64,000 nucleotides of DNA, taken from NCBI GenBank assembly GCA_964016885.1, contig OZ024745.1, forward strand, positions 81,716,001 through 81,780,000, in the 5' to 3' direction. This DNA is from Eledone cirrhosa (lineage: Eukaryota). A model generated the notes under the pieces. That model saw only the letters and a list, made by a program, of their open reading frames with translations. It ran no database searches and was not told the origin of the DNA. A program made the position numbers and the translations under genes. Of this stretch, positions 39,046 through 50,827 are shown one piece after another. Each line of letters opens with the position of its first letter. Position 1 is the stretch's first letter.

Positions 39046-39720
39046 TACATGTAATCGTTCACAAAATATACTGCATATAAAATCTATAGTTTCGTGAGCT
39101 ACTACTCATGTACACCTTCTCAGTACTAGCCAAACTACAGAACAAAACAGTTATGAATTTTTCTTGTAGTTCTCTCATTAGAAATATAGTATTTAATTGT
39201 ACATCTTGGTATAGACCCAAACTACCATAATAATCTCATTGTTTTATCCATCTGTTTTTGAATGCTAGCATCAGTTGGATAGTTTAAAAACAAACAAACA
39301 AACAACAACAACACAGTTTTATCTGTCGGGATTAGGCTATTGATCTTTACAGCTCACACTGCTGAGCTGTGAGACTTCTGTTTATGCAGAGCATAAACAA
39401 ATATCACTATTAGTGGTATCAAATACAAAATGAAAACACTGAGACATAGATGCACACATGGACACATATACAGATGCACTCACACACAGCATCAGGCTTC
39501 GTGCAGTTTTTATCTATCAAATTAATTCTAAATACTTTTATCATCTTGTAGTGGAAAACTCAACATACCATGCAATAGGGTAAAAGCTGAAACCATGTAG
39601 TTGCAAAGTGAACTTCTTAACCATACATCTACACCGATACCTGTATCTTTGTTTAATTTCTCATTTACCTTTGTAGCAGTTGACAGTACTAATGCTATGC
39701 TAGTCATTTGGGTTAGTTAA

Positions 39721-39943
39721 CTCTTTTGATATCAACCCTCACAAAGCTATTTCTGATTTTATGAAACAACCACTCATTTTAAAGCGTTCCTTTTTAAATT
39801 TAAATCTTGCAATATTACTTGATATAAGAACCTTCTCTTAAATTATCTTAGGTACAATCTCGTAATGATGACATAATTAATTTTAGTAAATTCCTTCAAA
39901 TTCAAATACAATATATTTTACTAGAAATATGATAATGAAAGGG
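39721..39943. mobile_element. TTAA-flanked piggyBac-like MITE
   Basis: TTAA at 39717-39720 and 39944-39947. Ends ctcttttgatatc / gataatgaaaggg. Confidence 0.7.
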
Positions 39944-40054
39944 TTAATACTTTTTTCTCTAACATTAACTGAAGAAAGTTGTTTATCTGATGCTTTCAAC
40001 TTCTTGACAGCCATTCTTGGACTGGTGGCGTTTTGTCTTCATGACATTATTTAA

Positions 40055-40274
40055 CCCTTTAAGCATTTACATTACTCTACCTTTACTCTTATATTTTCAC
40101 GGTAAAGGCTTTACCTCACATAATTATCTCACAATATTGAATCTATGAGATTTTGATATTATTTATTTTGAGAACAATACTTTAACATCAGTATGAGTGG
40201 CCAGTTACAGCTGGTTTGAACAGAAAGAGGTGACAGAATTCTGGCCGGATATGGCTGGTTTAAATGCTAAAGGG
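40055..40274 (-). mobile_element. piggyBac MITE related to the 8153-9212 element
   Basis: TTAA-CCCTTTAAGCATTTA...TAAATGCTAAAGGG-TTAA. Its reverse complement carries the paired ttcaaacc-g-cc subterminal repeats seen at 8163-8225. Confidence 0.8.
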
Positions 40275-42587
40275 TTAACTTAGTCATCTTACTTGTACTA
40301 CCCTTTAGAGCTGAGCGTCTTGTTGGATGACCCCAGGGGAACCCTAATTGAGCATGATCAAAGTTAATCCAGCATTGACAATTTTCCTATATTTTCATTT
40401 TTTTAATATCTAGAACTAGATTATCTAATGTACTCTTATATTTTTTTAAAGAGGAGATGCGATTTGAGGGAAATTTGGCAGTAGTGTCTGGCAAGTTGGG
40501 CAACTATGTAAAATTGACTTTAACTCATTTGTTCACATTTCTTGTTTAACAAGTACTGTACAAACTCATAAGTCAGACTTCCATTTTATATACAACATTC
40601 TTGGCTCAGTATTTGATTTGAATTGAGGTTTTGCAAATCCAGTTAAGTTACATACTGCTGGTTTTATGGTGCATTTTCATTAAAAACAAAAGATGATGGT
40701 GATGTCACCAACAACGAATCTTTTCCTCCAAGTTGCCTGTATCTTTGATCGTTAATATGTTCTGTGTGTGACCCACAGGGCCTGTTGTATTCAGGACAGA
40801 TATGTTAATGTTGTGTGGATGATGCCAAGGAAGGTGGCTTGCATGTGGCAATGTGCTGTACCTCCTGGAAAGTGACCATCTGACCTGTGTGATCACTCTC
40901 AAAGTGGGCAATACCTTTGTGGCAGATCTTCCTTCATATTCAGTTGCTGGCTTGTTTTTCTCCAATGTTGTTGGATTGATCCAACACTGTATATATGAAC
41001 TATCTCAGTTCATGATTTGAGCTGAAGGTAGGAAAAGTTTTCCCATGTTATCAACATCTCATGAACAATGATGGATGAAATTTACCTTCTGTCTTTCAAG
41101 GGTTCTGAGTATGACCAAGGATGTTAATCAGTTTCGCTATTGCCTATTTTTCAGGGCTCTCTTCTGCATTGGCTTATTTCTATTGTTGTTGCAATTATGT
41201 ATCAAAACATAGCCATGTGTATATTTATATGTGATTGTAATTGTTTAATCATTTATTGTTTGTTCTCACTTACTGGAGAATATTAATTCAATATTCATTA
41301 TCATACTTGCACAATGACAATTGCATTATTAAAGCTCATTTTTTCCTTCACCGTTGTCAGGCCAGCATATCAAATATCAAGAAAGACCTACTTTTTGCTT
41401 AGCCTCTCTACTAATGGAACTGCATATGCCCAAACATTGATAGTTCAGAGTTTGCTATTTTCTTCTATGAAATTCTTTATGATCTAAAACCGCAGGGAGT
41501 AAATATGGTGATTCTGGATTTTTACATTTTTTTTTTCTTTTTAGTTTTTATTAAAAATAATTTGAAGTTGGCCCATTTTGTTTTATTGAAATTTTTCTTG
41601 GACTTAATCCCTTGTTGATTCATGTGGTCAAATTGACTTACTGTATTTGGTTCTAGTTTTTGCTATCTGTTGGTCATTAGTGGTTTATAAGTGAAATAAC
41701 ATTTTGTGCTATTGCTATTTGAACTTAAAATAATATTAAAAACAGTATTTGAAATCCCCCTTCTCTTGGTTTGCTGTATGATAGTACAGATGTACACCCC
41801 AAATTAAAGAAAACAAAGCAGGGTAAATTTACTTTAGAAAAGTTACCGATGAGGAAAAGTGATCTTAGTGCTGATGCCATGATAAAATGCACTTATTGAG
41901 TCTGAAACTGCATGTGAGATGGAGACCCTTGGCCTGTTGAGGAACTCAGTAGATCCGCTTCAGTACTGACTCTGTTAGCGAAGATCTTTTCAACCTTTGC
42001 TCTGCAGGGAAAGCAGACGTTAAATGATGATGACAACATTAGTATTAATAGACCTATATTCAACTGCTTATTGGAGTTCATATATGCCTCACAACTACAG
42101 TTCTCAGAAATTTTATGTTTATAATATAATCATTAAGGTAGCTAATTGGCAGAGTTGTTAGAATGTAGAATAGAATACTTTGCAGTATTCATTCTGGCTT
42201 TCTGCTGAGTTCAAATCTTGTCACGGTTAACTTTGCCTTTCATTCTTTTGAGGGTAATTAAAAAAAAAAAAAGTACCAATCTAGTACTGGGTTTGATTCT
42301 TCCTCAATATCTATTTCTCACTTCCTCTATATCACTCTCGCCCTCTTACTCTGGAAGAAGTCAGTTGTGTGTTCATACCTGGAGAGGAAATGGATTCTGC
42401 CAGGTATAAAAAATGCCCAGGAGCTACAGAGGTGTGTGTGGGTGTTAGTTGCTGTTTACAATATGTAAACATACATTGGACGTATTTTAAAAGGTGGAAT
42501 ACGCACAAATTAATTATTCATTATCTATACCATTTTTAGTATCATTCAGAATGAACATAATATATTTATGACTTTTTCTAATTTCAG

Positions 42588-42718
42588 GCATGTATTGATG
42601 ACAAACTTGACATGGTAAAGTTTCTTGTTGAAAAGGGTGCTGATGTTGATGTCTGTGATAATGAAGGTTGGACACCTCTTCATGCTACAGCTTCTTGTGG
42701 CTTTACTGAAATAGCACA
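42588..42718 (+). CDS. PPP1R12A: Internal coding exon (ankyrin repeats) of protein phosphatase 1 regulatory subunit 12 / myosin phosphatase targeting subunit (MYPT1, Mbs-like)
   Basis: Acceptor ttctaatttcAG (42586-42587) and donor GTaagt (42719). The 131-nt exon (phase 0 to phase 2) translates ACIDDKLDMVKFLVEKGADVDVCDNEGWTPLHATASCGFTEIA. From memory this matches MYPT1/Mbs ACIDD.LDMV.FLVE.GA....DNEGWTPLHA.ASCG better than PPP1R16 (CCIDD..DSELWTPLHAAATCG). The symbol indicates the family, since paralog-level naming is not meaningful here. Confidence 0.93.
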
Positions 42719-44552
42719 GTAAGTGGCTTTAGTTATATCATCTCCATTGTTATTTTTACTTTTTTTTTCTTACTAATATGACTTGGATACTCTTTATGAG
42801 ACCAACCCTAAATTGCTTTTTTTTTGAAAAATATAAGGTATGATTCATTGTGTGTCTAACTGGTGAGCCATGGTACTTCTGTTTAGGCAGGACTTAAACA
42901 AAGGTCATTGCCTGCACTAACGAAGACAGACACACACACACACCACACACACACACACCACACACCACACACACACAGTTGGGCAGACCTTCAGTTTTTT
43001 TAATCATGACAATCTCTCTAGTGCTGGTGTCTAAAATGCACTTGGTAGAGTTTGGGACATTATGTGAGATAGGGGCCTTTGGCGCAAACTCAGTTGCCCT
43101 GCTTGAGTACTGACGCAGTGTATGAAGGCCTACCCAACCCTTGTTAGCAGGGAAAACAGAGATCATTTGATATATATATATATATATCCACTATCACTCT
43201 TAGCTATTTTCTCCATCACTACACTTCCCTCCACCTCAGTGTTCTCATTTCCATGAAAAAAAAAGTTAAGAGATCCCTTCAGTTGTGTCATGGTATGGCA
43301 ACTTCATTAGTGTTGGTGATCTGCATGATAAACACGCCAAGTACATACTGTAAAGTGGTTGGTGATAGGAAGGGTATCCAGCCAAAAAAAAGCTTGCTAA
43401 ACAAAGGGTTGGGAGGACCCTTCAGTTGTATCTAAAACATGACATCCTCTGCTCTGCACTGGTAGAACGTGAGACTGTATGTAAGCGAAACAATTGCAGA
43501 CCCCCAAGCTTGTCTGGGTGGTCAGTAGCCTTGCTTCAGTATTGACTTGGTCTATGTAGACCCATCCAACCCTTGCTAGCAGGGATAGCAGACGTTAAAA
43601 TGACGATGATGACACATAGTTTCCATCTCCCAATTCTACCTACAGGGCTTTGGTCAGCCTGAGATTATTGTAGAAGTGACTTGATCATGTTATCACAGTG
43701 TGGTAGAACCTGAAATTGCATAGTTGCAAAGTTGATTTCTTAGCCACAAGGCCATATTTGTATTTTTGAAGGTGTGTGTTCTAGTTGTTAGTGTTGGACC
43801 AATGATTATAAGGTCATGGACATGATTCTTGACAGTGTATTGTGTTCTTGAGCAAGACACTTCATTTTATGTTGCTTTTCATAATAGGACCGTGGCCTTT
43901 ATTATTAAAACACCCACTAAATCTCTTTTGAGATGTATCTTCATAGGAGACCAGTTAAACCTACTTAGGTGTATGCTGTAACACTAACAATGATGGCAGA
44001 ATGGATATAAAAGAAAATGGAAAGGAAATGATTTTCTTTTATGTTTCAGCAAGTCTTATAGACTCAAATATCTAAGTTTTACAACTTGTTGATTATCTCA
44101 TTGATTTTTCGTTTTGTTTACATCTTGTCTTGAATAACTGTGTGGTTTCATTACTGTTGTTTTCTTTTCACTCTTCTCTTCTGCGTTTTTTGTTGTTGTC
44201 CATTAACCTGTTGATCAACATGTCAGAGCATGACTGTTTCTTTGTGCTGTTAATTCATGACTTTCTCAGTATTTTCTTTCAGTTTTTCATATTATACAAG
44301 TTTTGCCATTTTTCTTTTTGTTGTTAATTCTCCATTATCGCTTTGAGAAAATTTCTATGCTTTTTTCTAAATTTACCCCCTCCTCACTATTTAAAAAAAA
44401 ATCAAATCCCTTATAATATTTTTTTCATGTATATGAAGGTTATAAGATTAAGAAGTCTATTTTTTAAAGAAAGATTAAGTGTTACAGATACAATCTAATG
44501 TAATACAATAAAAAAAAAAAACTGACATAAGCGTAACTATATATATATATAT

Positions 44553-45770
44553 CTCATCTGGTGGTCCCGAAGGAAACTAGGTGTTGAGGAATGGCTTGTG
44601 AGGACAGTGCAAACTTTGTACAGAGGTACTCTCAGTAAAGACAGGGTAGGAATGGAGTTTAGTGAGGAATTCCAGATACAAGTAGGAGTACATCAAGGTT
44701 CAGTCCTCAGCCTGCTCTTGTTCATTATAGTCCTCCAAGCCATAACAGAGGAGTTTAAGACTGGCTGTCCATGGGAACTTCTCTATGCTGACGATCTGGT
44801 TCTTATAGCAGAATCAGTAGAGGAGCTAGAGAATAAATTCTGGCTATGGAAACAGCAGTTGGAAGCAAGAGGACTGAGAGTGAACCTAGCTAAGACAAAA
44901 GTGTTGATGAGTAGAAAAGAGGACAAAATTCCGATTCCGTCAGGGAAATGGCCATGTTCGATATGCAGAAAAGGAACTGGCATAAATTCTATAAAATGCA
45001 CACAAGGCAGATTCTGGGTACACAAGAGATGTAGCGGGATAGCAGGCAAACTAACAGGTAGGGAGAAATATGTATGCAGATGATGTACAGGGAAATTAGA
45101 CAGTAGAAGTCGCATTGATAGACACATTTTTCAAATGCAGGAGGGTGCTATAGAAGTTGTGGATAGCTTCCGGTACCTAGGAGATCAGATTAGCATGGGA
45201 GGAGGGTGTTCCGAGGCCATAGTATCTAGAATAAGGACTGGTTGGAAGAAGTTTAGGGAGCTGCTTCCTCTGCTGATGAAGAAGGGGTTTCTCCCTGCGT
45301 ACGAAAGGCCGGTTGTATGATGCCTGTGTGAGGAGCGCGATGCTGCATGGTAGTGAGACATGGGCAGCAACTGCAGAGGTTATGCGACGGCTGGAGAGAA
45401 ATGAGGCAAGCATGCTCCGTTGGATGTGCAGTGTAAATGTGCGTGAACGACCCAGCATGAATGTGTTAAAAGAGAAACTGTCTGAGAGGGATAGAATGTA
45501 GGGTACGGGAGAGGAGACTGAGGTGGTATGGACATGTGATGCGCATGGAGGATGACAGATGGGTGAAGAAGTGCCAGGAAATGCCAGTTGAAGGAAGATG
45601 TGGTAGAGGTAGACCACAAAAAACATGGGCGGGGGTGGTGAGAACAGACCTCAGATCGTTGAAGCTCACGGTGGAGATGACGAAGGACCAAGACGAGTGG
45701 AGAGATGCTGAATAAGATCCATCCCACCCTTGCGAGCAGGGAAGAGCCGACGTAAAATGATGATGATGAT
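44553..45770 (+). mobile_element. 5'-truncated RTE LINE with intact 3' tail
   Basis: GVHQGSVLS..ELLYADDLVL, PHD-like finger, FRYLG, WYGHV, GRP, tail GCGAGCAGGGAAGAGCCGACGTAAAA(TGA)n. Contains stops and frameshifts. Confidence 0.95.
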
Positions 45771-46262
45771 ATATGCTGGTGTACAAGTCGACATTTGGAG
45801 CCTAAAAATATCTCTCTAAAACCAGGTGTCAACTTGTCCGCCGGATATAAAGTCCGAATCTTTACCACTGAGGGGTAAACAGTGAAACTGCCAGCCTAAC
45901 ACTCATTGTACATCACTTACCATAGCTCTAACAGCCTACCACAATTATTTCCTAGTGAATTGCATATTTGTTAAGTCTATTTAACGTAGAAGTTAATATC
46001 AATGCGTTGCTGCACCATAGGTACGTTAAGGCTAGGCTAGGCTGGTTTACTCAGTGAGTTAGAACTCATTTGTGACTGAAGTATTTTAGAAGTGTCTTAG
46101 CCTTTAGTGTGCCACAAAAATTTTTCGAATTATTTCTCCTGCAACTGCCTTATTTTATGGGGGTCGTCTTATTCAGCGAATATAGTCCTAAACCTGAATT
46201 ACATCTCAGAATTTTAGGGGTCGACCTATGCGCTGGATCAACTTGTATGCCAGTATATACTG
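45771..46262. mobile_element. Tc1/pogo-type MITE whose left TIR is interrupted by the RTE
   Basis: Left atatgctggtgtacaagtcga is the inverted counterpart of right tcaacttgtatgccagtatatactg. Internal ggggtcgtcttattc and ggggtcgacctat subterminal repeats. The superfamily call is from recalled TIR patterns. Confidence 0.65.
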
Positions 46263-47120
46263 TGTCTGTTACATTTACTGATGGTCTTATATTTTTAGTA
46301 TTTTTGTTATGCGTGTTGAATGTTGTCTGAATGTTGTCTCTACAGATGATGTGGGAATATATAGTGGTATGTGCTCTATGGGTATACAAGATGTGGGGAG
46401 ACATAGTGGTATGCGTTCTGTGGTTGTCTCTGTTCGAGATGGAACTAGACCTGCCAGTTTTGTGGGGCGTTTTTTCTTTTGGCTTCCGGCAGTTTCAGGT
46501 TACAGATAACTTAATCAGATGGACCCCCCCCCCCCATTCAATGCGGACATTGAACGCAGATCGAAAGAGTTCAAAGACAATAACAAAATCAATTACTAAT
46601 CTCTGGCCCTAATTTCCCTTATACCATGTATACTTATGGATATTTTTGTGCTGGAAGGTCACAGTAGAATTACGAAAAAGGACGACAAGCACAGTTTTAC
46701 CACACAAAAATCAATATAAAGGGGAATACCATAGATGTCTGTATTGCATATTGATGCTACTTGTTGAAATGGCATGTTCCTGAGCGGGGAGAGCTGAAAT
46801 GGAACATGAATCCAATGCTCTAAATATCAAGTTTAAGCCAGAATTTCAAGAAATGGACAAATTAATTTAGTAAACATATTGGAAATGTTGAATATTCCTT
46901 CTCGCTGTTTTTACATGTGGAGAGCGAGGTCAGAATTTTTGTTATTATTTGAGAAATATTGGTGAAATTTTGCCATTGAAAATTATATTGTGCAATGAAT
47001 ATTATTTTGAATATTATTTAAAGTCCGATGTGATTTCTTTTTTTTTTTTATTTCTTTTAGTTCTGATTTTGAATACTCAGATAATTTGTAGTGTTTACAT
47101 TTTCACAAGTAGTGCTGATT

Positions 47121-47156
<36 letters not shown>

Positions 47157-48192
47157 CTTCTCTCTCTCCTGCTAACGAGGTTGCTTACAGGAATTAGTTT
47201 TCATATTTTGTTTGTTTTTTAATTTAGGTCTACAGGCAATTCTGAGAAAGTTTCTTTAATAATTTTATTGATAAATAGCTCTAACACTTTAACAGGACTG
47301 TTAATAACATTTTGGTTAACTTTTAAGCCTCGGCAAATGCCATATTGAATTCGCAGTCTGTCCAATTTTGATCAAAAGTACACGAGAAGAAAGTTCACAT
47401 CCAGAACTTTCAAATGATATATAATTGTCCACAGAAAAATGTATTTTGACATGAAAATGATCAAGCAAACTGTACATGTCACCCTTTCCATGGAGCTCTA
47501 CAGGAATACCTATTAAATGTATTGTAATGCTCTAAACTTAGAAAGAGCATTGTTTTATACCCTATACCAGTGTATCAAAACTGAGCCCCTTACAGATAAT
47601 GGATCACAGTATAGCCATGTTTGAAAATGCATGAAAAGCCTGGGACAACCTTTAATCACTGTAATATGTTTATAGCCATTTTTAATAGTCCATTAACATT
47701 TTATTGAAATGGTATCATGTCTCACAATTTATTTAGTTCTATACCTACTACAAATGTGCCAAAAGATGGCGTGTACTTTTGGATTTAGCTATGTCTGAAA
47801 ACACATGGAAAGCTTATGCTCATTTTGTGAAATCAACTGTTTGTTACATGCAACAAAATAAGCATTGCTGGAATATTCAAAAAATTGTCCCCCAAAAAGC
47901 TTTATTTTTAAGAACCTGAATAAATAGGCAACTCCTATCCCATGGACGCTATTAATTTGTGTAATTTGAAGATGATTATCACCTGTTTCAACGATATAAC
48001 ATCACAAATATGTTTAATTATTCATTTAAGCCTAATTAGACAAGATTTCGAGCAAATTGCAAACCGTTCAAATTGTTATATTTCCTTAAATATTCATCCA
48101 AATTTCACAAATCAAGTTTAATAAGGCCCCCATGAGTTCAAATGGACTCGAGATATTTGCAGCAATAGTATTAAGACATCTTCAGAACTGAC

Positions 48193-48335
48193 TCCAATCT
48201 TGGTCAGGGGTCCATCTGGCATTAAAATCAATCTTGGCCAGAGTCCACCCAAGTCAAAAGTCCACTTGGGCCAGAGATCTATCTGGATCAGATCTTCATT
48301 TAGGTCAGAGCTCCAGCTGGCACTAGAATCCACAT
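48193..48335. repeat. Degenerate ~17-bp periodic repeat, about 8 units
   Basis: tcca-y-tgg-caga-like unit recurring every 16-18 bp. Confidence 0.5.
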
Positions 48336-48581
48336 TTATGGAGTGGTTGTTCACACCATCCTTCTACATGGCTGTGAGACGTGGACATAATTACTTTTAC
48401 TGAACCCTCTTTCTTTGCACATTGGATTTTGTTACATTCTGAAAATTGTCATCCCTGCCAGCTGAATTCCCTTCAACAACTCTTAGTCAAAAGTTACCTC
48501 TGAAGGTTTTGTCACATACCCTGCTGCCCATGATGTGGATGTATCCATAATGCAGTTGTCCTAAATGGCATAAACAGATAG

Positions 48582-48632
48582 GTGGACAGTGGAAAACATG
48601 GATTGGTGTAATCCATGTTTTCCACTGTCCAC
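48582..48632. repeat. Perfect palindrome, 23-bp arms, 5-nt loop
   Basis: gtggacagtggaaaacatggatt-ggtgt-aatccatgttttccactgtccac. Confidence 0.95.
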
Positions 48633-50064
48633 ACATATATGGTGTTTGCCTTTGGAATCATGACTATATGATATGACATTGGTTGCCTGTGGTCATTGTG
48701 GATGGAACATTGATTTGTGTTGTGGTGGCTTAACTGGTTAGGACTGGCTTAACCTAGCCTGTGTGAACTAGTAAGTAAGAATGGACTAGAAATTCATTCA
48801 ACTTTCTCTTGTGAGCTGCATATCAAATTGTGGGGTTACTTATTGACCAGTGTGTGATATTTTTGAATTTTTCTATTGATTTAGTATATTTCATTGATGG
48901 AGCAACTAGCATATCTTTAAAAATCCAAGAATTGTTTTTTATGACTCTCTTTGGCTTTGATACAACCACTACACAAAACAATTAGTAGCAACATACTATT
49001 ATTAATACTAATATAGAATTAGCTCCATGGTTCTTTGTATGTGAATAACGTTAGACAATAATACACCGGGTCTTCATTGTTATCAGCTTTGCTCTTTTCT
49101 CTGCTGCTTTTGTATACCATTATTGCAAACCAAAATAAAAGCATTAGCAATTTCACCCTTAAACTGTAATTGTTTTGAAACAGTTATTTAACCATAATGT
49201 ATGCTTTAGAAGCATTCTCTCCTAATTGAATTAGAATCAATTCATGTATTTAAGCAGATTGTAATTATAGTGTACAAAATGTAGCATTCTTACAGCTCCC
49301 TGTTTTGACACATATTACCTTGAAATAATCTGGAATGACTAATTTGTGCAAGTGAATATATCTTAGAATCATATATATTTTGCCAAATTTTCAGAGATAT
49401 AAGAATATTTCTCGATGATATTTAAATATGTCTGTGTATGTACATACACACCCACATTCTGTTTAAACACACATAGTTTAGAAAAATTTGGTATCAACAT
49501 TTGCCTCCCAACAGTTATATAGTAATTTTGTTGTTGAGTACTTTTAAATGATTAATGCTATAAAGTCTTTTAATTAATTCTTTTTACAGGTAGCGTGGCA
49601 TGCATTGTGTGTGTAACCAAAACCAAATAGTTTGTTTGCTATGTTGTGAGCTTTACATAAAGCCATTAGCTGTCTTTTCTGTCAGATGTGATGGACTGTC
49701 AGTTCCACCCCCAATTTAGTGATGGTGTAGGTATTGCTCATCTTCTTCAATGCCTTTCCCTTCCTTCCAGAAGTGGTGGCAGGCATCTTTAAATCAGAGA
49801 CCTGGTCAGAATGCTTGCAACAGAGTGGACTTTGGTGAATACTAAAAGTGCTCAAGAGCTAAGTGGTGGTGTTAAACCAGGTGATAAAATGTTTACCACC
49901 CAAGTAGGCTGTTGTTGGATTTGAATTCAAAGGGTAAAGAACCAGAATAAATATCACAAGGCATCTCATCTGATGCTCTAACAATTCTGTCAATCCAATA
50001 ACCTGGACTGGAATCTTATTTTATCAACCCCTGAAAAGGTGAAAGGCAAAGTTGTCCTTCTAAG

Positions 50065-50303
50065 GGCTGTCTCAAGAGTTAAATGATTAAGAGTACAATA
50101 CTCCCCCATGGACAGGAGAGCAGTTCATTTCAGGATTAAGCCCCTAAGCTACTGCTGATAATCATTTTAAACTGAGTACACTGGAATAATGTGAAATGAA
50201 GTGTTTTGCTCAAGAATACAACACACATCCCAGTCCAGGAATTGAACCCACTACATTATGATTGTAAGTCCATCACCCGAAGCACTAGGCCATGTGCCTT
50301 CAC
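50065..50303 (-). mobile_element. Family-C SINE (tRNA/CORE-like head, non-RTE tail), diverged
   Basis: Reverse complement of 54135-54422 (gtgaaggcacatggcctagtg, gttcaattcctggactgg, cttgagcaaaacacttcatttcac). Confidence 0.75.
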
Positions 50304-50619
50304 AAACTAGATTAAGTTGTCCTTGGTAGGTTTTGTACTCCTGCATGTAAAAAAATACCAGTAAACTGCCTTAATTTAGCCTAATACATCAGATACAGCA
50401 AAATCATCCATGATCACATATCAGGTATATAAATATATATACTTTGCGTGACAATAAAGTCTTTAGAATAGTAGGCTGTGTGCCATATATAACAGTAAGT
50501 GTAGTTAATATTAGTTGGAATTTGTTGTACTCGTGTGATATTCTATATGAATGCTGTATTTTGTCACAGGCTGATGTGTTATTATTTTGTCATTCTTGTG
50601 AGTTTATAATACACACATT

Positions 50620-50827
50620 TATTTAAGTCAAGAAAATTTTAGAGCATATCTTTTCATTGAATAGAAATGAAGCAAATCAGCAACTAATATTATTGCATAA
50701 TTGGAGGAGAGTGGAATTAACAACGTTCCAGCAAATTCAACCATTTATCATTGGGTGAAACAATTCAAAGATGGCAGTAGAACATCACTCATTGATGCTC
50801 TTTGTTCTGGCCGTCGTTGCACAAACA
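50620..50827 (+). mobile_element. mariner-type transposase HTH fragment
   Basis: NFRAYLFIE..SKSATNI..PANSTIYHWVKQFKDGSRTSLIDALCSGR, cut off at the junction with the RTE. Confidence 0.7.

Noticed and set aside
47320-48120. Possible DNA-transposon remnant (aactttcaaatgatatataa motif)
   Set aside because: I could not define termini, a TSD or coding remnants by eye.
49570-49620. Candidate next PPP1R12 exon after tttttacag
   Set aside because: The downstream sequence does not encode the expected ankyrin continuation in the required phase.
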